Assembly (NCBI GenBank): GCA_051294905.1
Contig: CM119372.1
Span: 36,272,001-36,336,000, forward strand
Length of the DNA: 64,000 nucleotides
Source of the DNA: Botryllus schlosseri
Taxonomy: Eukaryota
Direction of reading: 5' to 3'
Below, piece after piece: positions 49,249 to 62,779 of the stretch. A program made the translations under genes and the position numbers. Numbering within the stretch: position 1 is the first letter of the stretch; each line of letters begins with the position of its first letter. Below the pieces are notes generated by a model. That model saw only the letters and a program-made list of their open reading frames with translations. It ran no database searches and was not told the DNA's origin.

Positions 49249-51333
49249 ATGGATTATAAAGAAACCACGCGATCCGCTGGGGTCGGACGGGCGGGTTTTA
49301 TCAGAGACCCGTCAGGTCTGCTAATGTCCGTGATTAGGACGTTAGCGTCTAGCGACGACGACAGAAAACGCCAACAGGAAAAACAGCGCCTCGAGGAAGC
49401 TTTCGCAGAGAGCGACGAGAAACTAGATGTATTAGTAGCCAGCAATTACGAAGAATTAGCCAGAACGATCAAACAGTTCGGAAAAATCGGCGAAAGAATT
49501 TCTGATTCGCGCACCCGCATCAAACACGTAAAAGAAAGTCTGTTGCAGTGCAAATCTCTCTTACATTGCAGACAAGACGAACTTCAAAAGCTATGGGTTC
49601 AGGGACAGGAGCATAAGAAAGCCTTAGCCTTGCTCGACGCAATCGAGGACGTGAAAGCAGCACCTGAAAATATTGAACGGTTCATGAAACAAAAGAAATA
49701 TCTTCACAGTACTTTGTTGATAATAAAGATGCTCGGATATCTTAACAAGGATTTAATTAAAGTGGAGGCTCTCGGTGACATCAGGAATGAATTGACAAGC
49801 CGCAAAGTTCACATGCATGAAAACTTCATCAACGAACTGCACAAGCAGATTTACTTCAATTCGTCGGTAGCTACTGATTTTGACGGTCTTCAGAAATGCG
49901 ATTTTGAAAATCTGGAAAAATTCGAAGATTTGGATGAGGATCCCGAAAAAGACCCTTTCAAATTGATGACGATTCTCGTTCTGTGTATCGGGCTGTTGCA
50001 AAAAATCCCGGAAGCTTTAGAAGTCACGAAAGTGAAAATGGACCGTCACATCAACATGATAATCACACACACCACGGTCGAAATATCAGACCTCTACTAC
50101 AAACAAAGCGATCAAAACGATCCAAGAAGATTGCTACAACTGTTGGAGAAGTTATTCAAAAAATTTCGCTGCATAGCCAAAGCACACGAACACGTGCTGT
50201 ACATGTTTTCACACCCGGTAAACAGTCCCAGAGATCCATCCACTGAGTATCAGCTGTACGATATGGAAGAGGTATGGTCCAAAATACAATCAGTGCTGCA
50301 GTTGTTGTTACAAGAGTATCTAGATTTAGAGAATTCAGCCGCCATGACTCAAAACACCGGATTCGGCGACACGGGAAACACGCTAGCCTCACATTTTTCG
50401 CGTAAAAAAGCAACAAGACCACGTGTTGCTAAATTATTCCGTTTCGAAGGATCTTCCCACGCGATATCAATGAATACATACTTGCGTGAACAGAGAGCGG
50501 AACAACGTATTAACGCCGGAAACCCAGACTCTGCAAACTCACACGACTTTGTAGATCACAACATGACCGCGCAGAAAGTGTGTAAGCCCAACTCTCGGAA
50601 TATTACGTACATCTTCGGCCCGTTGAATGTCTTTATAAAGGAAATTGAGAAAGCTATGAAGTACACTGGCGATAAGAAATGTCTTCTAGACGATTTCATC
50701 AACGATTACATCCAAAACGTGTTCATACGGCAAATGCAGTATGAAATGAAAAAGAGTTTTGATGCAGCCAGCAAAGTCACAGACCCTCTACGTGCTTTAA
50801 CTGATGTATCCGACAGCAAAGACCTTGCATCTGCGTGCCCTGCACTGTTACAGAGCACAATTGTCGTAGACAAATGCATGTGGGAATTGCAAACGCTCAT
50901 GACAAACTTAGGCGGTTACCACGATCAATTTTTGGCCATGGCAAGCTCTTTACTGTCCGAGTATAAGGTTACACTGACGCAGTCATATCGCGGAGTCGTA
51001 CAGCCTGAGGAGGACCATCAGATCATCAGCGCGTCGTGGGCGAGGGATAATGTAGTCACCGGGTTTTTGCGTTCGTTAGAAAACTGGAAGCTTCTCCAGC
51101 AAAATCTGAGCAAGGCCGATTTACAGAAGAAATACTCGAAGAAGCTGCTTAAAGATTTTCATAACGAGGCGCAGTATTTCGTGTCGCGATTGGGCCACGG
51201 GTTGATTCCGGAGACGAGATACGTCCGCGATATCAACGACCTCGTGTCTATCGCAAATCTGCACGAAAGTCTCGAGTGGTTCGCGAAACGATTGGATTTG
51301 CTGTTGTCGCAAATCAATCCCAACGCACCGGAG
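49249..51333 (+). CDS. EXOC4: Exocyst complex component 4 (Sec8), coding exon 1 of 5 (695 codons)
   Basis: N-terminal SGLLMSVIRTLASS...EKQRLEEAF, LFRFEGSSHAISMNTYLREQ, IISASWARD, IANLHESLEWF; donor GAG|GTGAGG at 51333/51334, phase 0. Confidence 0.93.
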
Positions 51334-51949
51334 GTGAGGCATTATAGTAACAAGGCTACAATGATTTTCATGGCGCTCAATCATGTGCTGCGTAAGATGT
51401 AGCCTACAGTGAGCTTGCAATAATTTTTGCTTGATGCGATTGTTGATATTGTTCTTTCCAATTCCCTATTAGTTTCTAACAATTACGAGTGTCAGCTGAA
51501 AATATTTGGGTTCATTTCAATATGGATATACTATTCAATTAGCCGACCCCATAATTTGGAAGCTTCGGAGATATTCCTGCCAACTCTGGGTGTACAAAAT
51601 TTCAATTTGTAATATATATAGCCTATTTTGCTGGGTAACATTGACCAGGCCCACCTAGGTATAAACTAGAGGCAATCAGAAGGCTTGGGTACAAAGATTC
51701 AAGCATTAATTATTATGATTTAAGTCGAATAGTGAGAGACAAATTTTTTACCCAATTATCATGATAATTTCACTCAAAGATGCTGCAAACAAAAGTTACT
51801 TTGAGGTACAGAACCTCAGTATAGAATTGAATAATATATTCATATTGAAATAGACTCAAGTATTTTCGGCTGCTACTCTTCAGGGGTACGGTAGCCTAAT
51901 CGTTACTCAACTAGTAGAGAATTGATTAGAATTTTCTACTAGTTGCAGA

Positions 51950-52490
51950 CCCCCAACTAGATTCTGATGACTCGACTTGGCTGGAGTCATTTTCTCAAAA
52001 TACGTAAATGACTCGAGTCAGTCTGTGTCTTGACTCGACTTCGTCTTGAGTCATTGCGCATGACTCGAAAAAATTCATAAGACTCGAGACTCAGACGGCC
52101 AAGACCGACATTTCATTGTAATTTCGAAGAATAGTAATGCAATCACAATATTGGGATCTTGTCTATTAGTGTTCGTACTAAAAAATGCGACCAAAAACTG
52201 CTAAAAGTGAGGAAATTTACTAGCTATATTAGCTATAAATGCGAACCCTTCGATATATCCAAACAGTTATAAAAAGATGGTTTAACAAGGCTTTAACTTG
52301 AAAATGAGCAGTAAACACAATGAGTTGGACTCGGACTCGAGTCATAATACCGTGACTATGACTCGACCCTCTGCTCGATGACTTGGACTCGGTGGTGAAT
52401 GGAAAATGACTCGACTTGTCTCGAGTCAAAACTATAAAATTGAGATTGACTTGGGACTCGGAGTTTTGTGACTTGGTTATAACCCTGCCT
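51950..52490. repeat. Interspersed repeat rich in GACTCGAGTC/GACTCGAC motifs (MITE-like)
   Basis: Clustered GACTCGA/TCGAGTC motifs; related fragments at 1-50 and ~56830-56900. Confidence 0.6.
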
Positions 52491-52678
52491 GACTCTAACG
52501 AGTATCAGCTGGAAATATTCAAGCTCATTTCAATTTGAATATATTATTCAATTGAATATGTAGACTGTAGAGGTACCGTACTTTGTCTACAGACCACCCC
52601 TGTCGATAAAAAACCAAATAAGTGCCGGTCCACCCATTTGCCTGGCCACCAGTATCAGCGGTCCGATCTTTTTTTCAG

Positions 52679-52852
52679 GACACCGTCTTGAACCTGCGTC
52701 AGCTACACCGAGACTACAGCGCGCAGAGCGAGCTTTGCCTGATCTGTCTCCACGTTGAAATACGCATCCACTGTTTCGTTCACTTGACGGAAATGTGCAA
52801 GATGTGCTCCTACGATATTCGCAGCAGTGACAGTTTGGAAAGAGACAACCAG
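52679..52852 (+). CDS. EXOC4: EXOC4 coding exon 2
   Basis: TTTTTTCAG|GAC...CAG|GTACAC; encodes DTVLNLRQ...CLICLHVEIRIHCFVHL...ERDNQ. Confidence 0.88.
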
Positions 52853-53481
52853 GTACACATAGTATGGGAAAGACAGTCCGTAACTGAAGCTATTGTAAAT
52901 GTAATGTATAATGCCATAAAAGTCTACTCGAGTGGCTTTCAAGTTGAGTAGAGAAAGACCTAAATAACTTGAACCAAGATTCGATAACAAAAAGTTTGAT
53001 ATGGCACATCAAAGATAGTCCCTCAGTAGTACTGCAGTAACACTGACAATAGTAATGTTGTAAAACTCTTTCGAGTGGCCTCAGGCGCATAGCCAGCCGA
53101 AAATTAAGGGGGGGGATGCTCGATTTTTTTGAATTTACTAATGTAGCATCAATTCATTAGGGTTAAGTACATGCGTAAATGACGATTATACAATCTCCTC
53201 GTATTGGCGCTTACTCGCGTATGATGAGTTTGTCGACAAGTCCGGAAGTTCTGCCAATTACCGAGTCCCTGATCTGTCGTGAACAATTAAATACGCACGC
53301 TTATCAACGCAATCATGTCCAAACCTTTCCTCCTTTATAACTCAAGCCTTGACACACATCTTCTGATGGTTATGTTTAAGTATTAGCGGAAATCAAGTAC
53401 GCATGCGTTTGCGGACATTCGATGTCATTCGAACGATACGAACCCGACTGTGCCTTCGCCTGGACCTTGTGGCATTTTCAG

Positions 53482-53657
53482 GTGGTGGCGCTTTCCGATT
53501 TCATCGTCGAACTGCAAAAGCTGTTCCAGCCCGTACTACAGCCGCGGAAAATGCGATACATGTTCGAGGGCCTGGGGCAGACCATATCCGCGATTCTCAT
53601 CAACGGCGCCAAATTCATCCCGCGAATCACCCAGCACGGAATCAAGAAGATGTGCAG
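53482..53657 (+). CDS. EXOC4: EXOC4 coding exon 3
   Basis: TTTTCAG|GTG...TGCAG|GTTTGT; encodes VVALSDF...RYMFEGLGQTISAILINGA...GIKKMC(R). Confidence 0.9.
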
Positions 53658-56000
53658 GTTTGTTGGGGCCAATTTCGAAATTGGATACCGTAAACCGGGG
53701 TAACATTGGACAATTCTCAACAATTCCGCTTTGTATCTTGGAAATGCTAGGGTGTAGGGGAGGCAAGTTTTGTGTTTTTTTGGAGTCATGGAGCAAAGAT
53801 AAGAATTAACTAATCCAAAATCTTCATGGTCATAAATAAGTACCTTATTTTTGTAAATTATCCGTAGTTTTTTGCATGCCTTTACCCTCTATTGTTTATG
53901 AAACCTCGTAAATGAGGCTTATTTGGTAAGAGTTGATGAGAGCAGTGACTAAAACTGAAACAAAATAGTATATGTCTGGCCTATTGCATGATTTTTACCT
54001 AATCCCCCCCCCCCAAAAAAAAAAAATTAGGTAGTTTATGAAGGCTAATGCCCCCTTATTCATCCCTTTACTCAATTTTCTCTCATGCCTTCACCAATTG
54101 GGACTTATAATAACGTATGGTGACAATGGGGTATCCCACTGGCAGTGTCAGCAATCGACAGCAAACATAAAGTATGTTAGCGTGATTTATGGCCGATTTC
54201 GAATATATTACTGTTCTAGAAAAGATATATTTTCCCTTTCCTATGTCCTCTGATGGATATATTTGTCGTAATTTACGATATCCCATATTCAGCAGGCGCA
54301 TCTTTAGGAGTGTGTGATAAGTTTTTCAAGTAGCTTACACCCAATTATAATCTCTCAGCTCATTGCCTACCCATTTTTTCATATTTTGGCAAACTCTTAA
54401 TTTATTAACCTTCTCATTCCATTTTAAGAAGCCATCAGGCCGGTCATAAGGGATGTAGTTGACGATACCCTTTGACACAGATGAAGCAGCCACTTTCCAG
54501 AGCTCTAAATATCACATTTTTCACTGTCCAAAGTTGCCCCGTTCTGATAAAATTTGACGGGGTAACTTTGGACATCACATTTTCTTGTATTGATCTAAGG
54601 GTGAGCCCACTGAGATTTTGGCCATGGATTAAGACTATTCAGAGGTATCTGCTGCCAAGTTTTGAATCTATGAATCACATGCTATCTATGTTTGGCTGTA
54701 AGAAGTTTATTGGCCATCAATTTTCACGAAATTGACCCCCTCCATTAATTTATCGATGTTGGGTCAAGTTTATCTGGTAGTGAAATGAATCCACCTTTTA
54801 TAGAGACTACTTGTAGTACTGTTGCCTCATGAAAAAGAATTGGACATCCAGTGGCAACCCTTTTTCATCAATAACCATTTAAATCTTTTACTGCTTAGTG
54901 TCCAAAGTTACCCTTAAGTCCAAAGTTACCCCGGTTTGAGGTAGTTCATTTCATGTAGGTTTTCAAATCTGGGTTTGATAGAACTGGTCCTCGGATAGAA
55001 GTAGAAGTAACGTCTTATAATATTACTCAATTGCGAGTGAAAATAGCAATATCCAATAAATATCAAAACTACTTTGAGCAAGAGTAGAAAATGAAGTTCT
55101 GAAAAGTACTCGTTCTCAATAAGTAGGCAAGTTTCAAAAGTAGATTTTTAGAGCTTCTAGGAGGTACAGAACTCCAATATACGATAGAATAGTATATTCA
55201 TATTGAAATAAACCCGGATATTTTCGGCTGACACTCGTCAGCAACTAGTCGGGGAATTGGAAAGAACATTTTATCAACAATCGTATCACAAAATATGACG
55301 TCACCGGCATGACATTTGAAATAATCGATGCGGGGAGAGCGTTTAAGCTCAATGTTGAATTTTTTAGATGGTACCGGTACACTAACTCCTATAGGCACAA
55401 ACTTGGTTGGCGTGTTCTGACAAAAGTCGACTGTGAGGTACCCAAAGCCCTGAAGCTCGATTCAAACGTAGCTTTGGTCGATGGGTCGCATACTGCTAGC
55501 AGTTGGCCGGAGTTGACTTATGGAAAGTCGTAGGGTTTATGTTTACGACCGACGCTAACTGACTTAAGCCATGTGTTTGTCTTGATTTTCGGGTTGAATC
55601 TTTGTACAAATGCCAATGCAACAACGATCAGATAACCTTACTCGTGTTAACATCGCTATAACCATAAACATATGCCGGTTACGGTATAGTAAAATATAGA
55701 TTTATATAGTACCAATATGTGAATACTGAATTACAAACGAATGTGGGGGCACAATTTCGTATGACGAATCTATAAAGATTAAGTTCATTAAGACAGTGTG
55801 CAACAACTGCGCGAAGAAACAATATCAACAACGTGAGAACGCGTTTGGAATAAGGGATAAACAGATTGCTCTTTCTGTGAGTGCAATAAGCATTATAGAA
55901 GGGTGTAGAGTTTATCTTGAAAAGGTGGTAGAGCCTCCTGTTTACGCCCCTGACAGTGATTTTGCGAAGTTACTTTTCTCAACTACTTACTCTATTGCAG

Positions 56001-56115
56001 GAACATATTCTCGATACAGCAGAGTATCACTCACGCTACCATGTCGCGAGAATCTCATTTGGATTCCGCGCGGCTATTCTACGAAATGCTCTATCATTAC
56101 CCCGATGACTTACAG
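56001..56115 (+). CDS. EXOC4: EXOC4 coding exon 4
   Basis: CTATTGCAG|G AAC...CAG|GTAAGC; phase 2 matches exon 3; encodes (R)[38 protein letters not shown]. Confidence 0.9.
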
Positions 56116-57544
56116 GTAAGCCCGGTAGCGGTAGGATCCCTATCCATAAACTAGCCGGTAATTCTTGAAAAATATCTCTTTACGGCTGGTTGGCTATGCT
56201 ATGGATCGGCAATGCCAATCATTGTGTCATGATAGATTCTAATCACTATTGACCCAATTGATGATATTCGAATTCAGATACTTTGTATTTTGTCATTGGT
56301 CAAAGCAAAGCGATTTAAATTGACAAGTGTTACGAGAGAGTAACAAAGTACTTTTATATCTTTTTGTACTAATCCAGCTGTGACGGGGGATTGGAAGTTG
56401 TCGAAAAACTTACTTGAGGACTCCAAGATGTAGAAGTACTACGTTACGTACCACCTCTGTCTGGGTATCTCAAGCGCGGACGCTACATTGTAGCAAAACC
56501 GCTAAGTAGAGCCTGTATGACCGAAAAAACGATATACTAGCACCCCCACTGTTAACCCGATATAATCAGCTGATATTCAAAAGATATGGCATCTATTATA
56601 AAGGCACATTTACAAAACTTTATACTATTTAGTTTCACAGCCATTGCTATACTTGGACTTGAAATAAACTAGAAAGGCTGTATCTTCACCCCTGTGAGCT
56701 ATAAAAAATACGCCAATATTCGCAGTTAAGCAGTCACAGATTATAGTTATGTCTCACTGTGACGTCACGAAAATTGCTGATGTTTTTACCACTAAGGCAG
56801 ACACCGATATTTCTTTCAAACTGAGCTATTGACTCGATATTTGAAAAAATGACTTGATTCATCAAAAAAAGTCGCGACTCGAGTCATTACAACCGTGCTT
56901 GTGGTATATCGTTAAGGCTAGGACTAGGAAAAGTGGAGAAAGCCCACCTGTAATAGAGTGATTCGATTCTGAATAGGGTTTAAGGCTGTAAGGTTATATT
57001 CTGTCATTCTATTCCTTGTGGTCACATTCAAGGCACATATTTGATCTTTTTGCATCATTACAACAACGCAGCTGTCGCACGAGACAGATTTCGGTTTATG
57101 GTGAAACGCTCTATCATGTTTTGATAGTATCGATCGAATTAGTTGAGAGAAAGTGGTCGCTCATGGCTTGTTTGAAAGAAGGGATCTCTTTCGCTGTGAA
57201 TAGCACGTACTAATTCGCACTAGGTAGGCCTATACGCTGTGGACTTCGTAGGGAAGTAATGAAAACTGGTACGTTTTTACAACAAGACTATCTGGTCTTC
57301 TTGAATAGGTACACGCTTGGTTGCCTTGCTCTCGTCTGGCTTCGTGGCGTAGTTGATTAGGCGTTGAAATTCTGAATCCAATGATATATCACTTGTTAGT
57401 TTCGCGTCCCGTTGAGGTCGTGTTTTACAGTTTGGAAAAGTGAAGCAAAATTTTTCGGAGAAACCCGCCGGTTAGGGCAGAGAGGCACAGATGCAGGAGA
57501 ATCCCAATTCTTAGCTTGAATTTGAACAGCGCTTTTTGTTTCAG

Positions 57545-57748
57545 AACATCGTCGTGGAGCAAGGTGTTCAGTTCGAAGAGACCGAATACGTTGTCGGCAT
57601 AGAGCTTCTTCACCGAAGCCGACCGGGGAGCGGAACAGAAAGCGCAAAGCAGGCGCGCATCCAGAGACTGCGGGAGATTATAAGCGAGCAAATGCATAAG
57701 AGCGAACTAGCGGAGCGTAAAGCTCTGAAAGAACAGGATGACGAATGA
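57545..57748 (+). CDS. EXOC4: EXOC4 coding exon 5 (with stop); spliced product 917 aa
   Basis: TTTTGTTTCAG|AAC; encodes NIVVEQGVQFEETEY...LLHRS...RLREII...DDE*; exon lengths 2085+174+176+115+204 = 2754 nt. Confidence 0.88.
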   Translation, partial: NIVVEQGVQFEETEYVVGIELLHRSRPGSGTESAKQARIQRLREIISEQMHKSELAERKALKEQDDE

Positions 57749-60700
57749 GATTTACCTGCTCCAGGATATGTAATTGAATGTCATATCCATATTGAAATGA
57801 ACCCGAATAGTTTTGGCTGACACTCGTTATGGGTAATCGTCAAAGATTAGTCAAAATGATGTTGTATATACCATCTAAAAATAGTGAATTGAGCTTGAGT
57901 CATCTGTTCACCTTGATTATTCGAAATTTCATGCTGATGACATGGTTGTTGATATAAAATGTTTGTCCAATGATCTATTACTTGCTTTGCTCACAATTAC
58001 CAATGATGGACGTCAGCCGAAAATATCCAGGTTTATTTCGATATGAATATAATACTCAATTTAGTACTGAAGTTCTGTACCACCAAGAGTCTCTTCGAGA
58101 ATATATATTTCCTTTTATTTTCAACAAATCATATAAATGCTCTGCCGGGTAACCGGCGTAATCGAACAGTCAAAAATGCTCTTGCTTGCGGATTTGATGT
58201 CATACACGTTTGTGATTTCACGGTTGGAAAAATCTTCAACTTGCGGTATTGTATGCATGGCTGATGAGTATATTAAAAACGACCGAAGTTTTGACGCTGC
58301 TATCAGCGAAATCTTGATTTGGATGATGAGACAACTGTCTGTGTACTCTGGGGTTTAGCCAGAGTGGTTCTGATGGCACTTTATGCAGCCCCTTGATTTC
58401 ATATTCGGAATTCATGGACTGTGGGAACTTGTAACATTTGATTTCTGCCTCTATTACTAGATTGTATTGGCAAAATTGATTATAAATATATGGATATGAT
58501 TTGTGAGAGTTCGAATCATGAAAAATATATATATATATCTACCCTATTGCTGCGGTGGTGCGTTGGTATTAGTGTTATCGCAGGCTGCTGGTAACCGAGT
58601 ACTGGGCAATAATGCTTCTTGTGGTTAAGTTTGAGTCGAGGCACTTACGGAAATTGTCATGTGGGGCGTGGTCGTAAAACGTAGATACGGTGTGCGTTCA
58701 ATGTTCGTGATGAGCGAAATGGTACTTGCTCAGGCCTGTAGGTGTGAGACGGAAGACTAGTACGTTGTATTCTTGTCTTATTTAATACATTCGTCCTGTT
58801 TATAAGTCAGAACTGTCATCGGTCTTGGGGCATTGGAAAGTACTCAGCCGTATTGTTACGCTTCTTAACGGAAAGTGCTAGAATGACTGTCGACTCTGCG
58901 GAAGCGATGTTCTCCCGCGTATTGTGATTTGCATCACTGAAAGTTGGATACCAGAAGAGAATGGCAATGCTGACTGTCAATGACTCACTGTTGTATGCAG
59001 GACAAATTGTGCATCGTTTGAATTTGCGAATTCGTGTCGTTACAAAATGCAAATTTTACCGAGCGTGATTTCAACAAACGTTGATACAGGCAGTTTTTAT
59101 TGTTGAATCACCCTTGGACTGCATCAGCTGAACGGCCCATTTGGGGTTACAGATGCTATGCTCATCGGTCCAAACGACCACCTCATTGTCTGACCCTGCT
59201 CGCCCCAAGTATCAGCATGACTGCAACTGTGTATTGAAGGCCATGTTGACCAAGCTGTGCGTATCATAGTAGGTTTGTTAAGAAATATAAACCGAAAATA
59301 CCACTAATAATACGAATATTTCAAGACCTCAGATGTTATAACCTTGCAGAAATCTAATGGTCTAAAATTTCAATCCTCCATTTCTTGAGATGATACAACA
59401 GAATCATCTATGTCATGGTTCTGCAACAAGAACTCATAAAGAAATTAGTATGGCCCACAGGCCCAGGTCTACTGAATTAGAATCGCAGATTTTGACACTT
59501 CCTGTTACTTGAGAGAGGCTGTAACTTCGATTGGCTAGGAGGTGCTTCCAAGTTACTATTTGTAAACGACAGTTAACTCATAGCCACTGAATCCCCCCAT
59601 AAATAGAACACCCAAAAATGAGACCACAATGCTTTTCAACCTTTCATATCGGAACATATTCTGAAACAAAATTCACCATCAACAAAGTATTGAAGAGTAG
59701 AAACGATTATTAACAAGTCAAACAACTCGGAATTTTATCGACTGCAGTCACGAAGACACAAATGGAGCATTTTTTGATTTATATTATCCAATATAGCCAT
59801 GTTTATATCAAAGATACTGTTTCAGACTTCCAAGTCCATTAAACTTAACAAACACTGGCAGCGTCCTTGGAAGGGCAATGCATAAATAACATAGATAAAC
59901 TCTGCATTAAAGAAAAAATGACATGTCAAAATAAGTAGAAGTTAATCATGACAAGAACAGTGTTTTATGAACAAACCAATAATGGGCGTAGTCACGGAGT
60001 GAACAGTAATTTGACAACATCAATTATGACATTACTAGAATATTTTCAAGATATATACATTGCTGTTCTCCCCAGGTGTCCAACAAGATTATCTGACTAC
60101 GCCCAAGTAGCTGACATGTCACAGTTCAGGGATATCATTAAAATATTCACACAATCCATTGCACCCAGTAGGGAACTTTCTGCAAAGACCTAGGTGCGTT
60201 ATCTCACAAAATTCCATCGCTTATATACAAAGTTCACTTGTGCTGGCTGCAAACCAATCAAAGAAATATGAAAGAAATCCAGTCTTACGGGCTGTTTGTA
60301 CTGGCATTGATTCGATCTTGAAACCAGTGTAAACAGGGGCTCAAAGGATATTTTCAATACACCTTTATCAGGATTTCACAAGTCACTGGGGGGGGGGGCT
60401 CAGCACAGTCGAGTGCTTGAGGTTTACGATTGATACTAGACTCAAATTCAAATACTCGACCCAACCTTAGGCACTGGCATAAGGAATTAAGCACTGTTCT
60501 TCAAACATGGAAAAGGGAGTATTGGGAATGTCTCTACAACCTCTGTCCAAGTCCTGTAAACAACCCAATACTCAGTGCAATGGTTCTCAACCAGGGTGCG
60601 GTTTGGACTGTTCAGGGGTGCCACAAGAAAATGAGGTATCAGGCACCGTTGCACGGGGTTGTCGTTGACATAATGAAAATTCTGAGTAGCTTCATAGAAG

Positions 60701-61168
60701 CTGATGACTAATAAAAAAGGTCGGCAATATACAAATATATCATACCACTGTCCAGCCCCTGATTCCTATCGTAGCAACTAAAGAATGCCATTACGTCAGC
60801 CTGGCCAAAATTTATGACCTATTTTATGATGACCTATATGCTCAGTACCCAATGCCATTAGAATATGTGACCGAACACTTAGAACAGTGATATGATGTGG
60901 GTTGATGACCTCTTTTAGTCATCAACTTCCCGAATCTTGGACTCGGGGCACTTGACATGCTCGGGTGCAGCGAAGTATTTATAATCTCAGGTTCTTTATG
61001 AGATCAAAAAGGTTGAGAACCAATGCTTTAATATATGTCGTGATCCGGGCCCCATAAGTATTCTGTCAGTCGTTAAGTGCAGTTTTTAATGCATGTAGCT
61101 GGTAGCTTCCACTTCACCCATTACCATGCTATCCTTTCGTAATCCTGTGATAGAATGAAAATCCAATC

Positions 61169-62779
61169 TTATAACAGCTTCACATTCGCGGCTTCATTGT
61201 CTTCTTGCTCCAAATCCTGCACTTTAAACGTGCCCGAATCTCTTTTCCACACCATATTGTAGTTATCAGCGAGAGACTTTTGCTTCTCCACCTCTTTGTG
61301 CATGGCAGTCCCGCCCGCGACTAGTTCAAGTAACATTTGCCGAAACCTTTCGCCCTCTTCCGGGTCCAACTTCATGCTGTCCTCAATGGTGGCTTTTTTC
61401 GAGGCTATCACCCTGATTTCAAAATGGCTATCGTCAGTTTGGTACCCCGCGTCTTCTAGTCCTTGGTTTATTTCTTCTTCCAACTTCTTCCATGCCGGAT
61501 CCATCACTGATTCGTCGTCCGTGGATAATAAATCCTCGGGGGGTATATCCCTGAATTTGTCCACATCATCTATCGTTTGAAACTTCAAATGAACCTTAAC
61601 AGGTTTTTTAGTAAAGAAGCCATTCGCAGGTGCGCCACTTGGCTGTGGAAAATCGTGCCAGCTTGATATCGATGGGTTGCTAATGTATTTAGTTACATAC
61701 TTTTGCACAAATCTAACAGCGTCCGCGGTTGGCACGTTACGGAGCTTAAGCAAATTCGAAACGTCGCCGACTAGTCGCTTTTGTTGGAACGGATTCAATT
61801 TGGCTAAGTCTTCCATACTTACAATGCTTTCAATGACTTTACGAGATATGGCCAAGTCTGGATTAATCATAGCATTGAGAAAACCATCGGTTGCAAAATC
61901 ACTTTGCCCAAAATCATGTGACATTAAGTTTGCAGCTGCTTTTTCAAGAAAAAACGACTCCATCTGCAGCCGCTGTTTAGCTAGCAATTCAGCGTGCTGT
62001 ATCTCTTTTAGAGATTCAACCATTTCAAACTCGCTAAAATCGTGCGTTGAAAGAATGGGCTGACATGAAATGCTCTCCGGTGTAGGTTTTAGCACTGGCT
62101 TTGTCCTGGGGTGTGCGCATATGTAAGGAGTTTTCATAGTCATTATGTAACTGCAAGTTGACGGTTCATCCACTCGTTCTATGTAGGTTTCCAGAGACGA
62201 GTCTTCGCATAAAAATCTTACTTCTGTGTCTCGTTTATGATTGATAACATCACATGCAGTACCATTAACATACGTCTGACTGTGATATCTGTTGATTTTG
62301 TGCCGTTTTGAATTTATATTCTCCTCCAACGCTTCTTTGTTCCAGTCAAAATCCGATTCATAATACCCAAGATGAGTAATATCCCCCTTTTCACCATTAG
62401 CCTCCGAATGGTATTGTAAAATATATCTTCCGTAGCATAGCTCGTAGGTCCACCATCCCTTTATGATCTTAAAACACTCATCTGTCCGCAGAGGTTCCAG
62501 TAGAGACTCGACAGGTGTTGACTTGGGTATTTTATCATCTTCTTTTTCGGTCTTTCTCTCTTTTTCGACGGGCAGACTACAAAAATAATCCTGCCCGTGC
62601 TTTGAAGCGAGCCTCAAGCCATTTTTATCGAGTATATCGTTCTCGTTTAATGGGTTGTGCAGTATTTGCAAAGCATATTTCGAATTGGTCAATTCATCGA
62701 TGTCTAGAAATCCAAGACTGTTCACGAACAGCGCGGAGCAAATACACCATTTCCAAACAGCCCAGTAACCTTGAATCAT
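61169..62779 (-). CDS. OS9: OS-9-like ER lectin (MRH domain, ERAD), intronless CDS, 536 aa
   Basis: Hydrophobic signal peptide; single MRH domain (C...GWWTYELCYGRYILQYH...YHSQTYVNGTACD...TEVRFLC...VDEPSTCSY...ICAHP); C-terminal QKSLADNYNMVW resembles the OS9 LE.NY..VW motif. Confidence 0.85.
   Translation of the reverse strand: MIQGYWAVWKWCICSALFVNSLGFLDIDELTNSKYALQILHNPLNENDILDKNGLRLASKHGQDYFCSLPVEKERKTEKEDDKIPKSTPVESLLEPLRTDECFKIIKGWWTYELCYGRYILQYHSEANGEKGDITHLGYYESDFDWNKEALEENINSKRHKINRYHSQTYVNGTACDVINHKRDTEVRFLCEDSSLETYIERVDEPSTCSYIMTMKTPYICAHPRTKPVLKPTPESISCQPILSTHDFSEFEMVESLKEIQHAELLAKQRLQMESFFLEKAAANLMSHDFGQSDFATDGFLNAMINPDLAISRKVIESIVSMEDLAKLNPFQQKRLVGDVSNLLKLRNVPTADAVRFVQKYVTKYISNPSISSWHDFPQPSGAPANGFFTKKPVKVHLKFQTIDDVDKFRDIPPEDLLSTDDESVMDPAWKKLEEEINQGLEDAGYQTDDSHFEIRVIASKKATIEDSMKLDPEEGERFRQMLLELVAGGTAMHKEVEKQKSLADNYNMVWKRDSGTFKVQDLEQEDNEAANVKLL

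Noticed and set aside
51334..51402. C-terminal end of the 717-aa ORF (VRHYSNK...RKM*)
   Set aside because: Read-through into intron 1; EXOC4 homology continues in four downstream exons with consistent phases.
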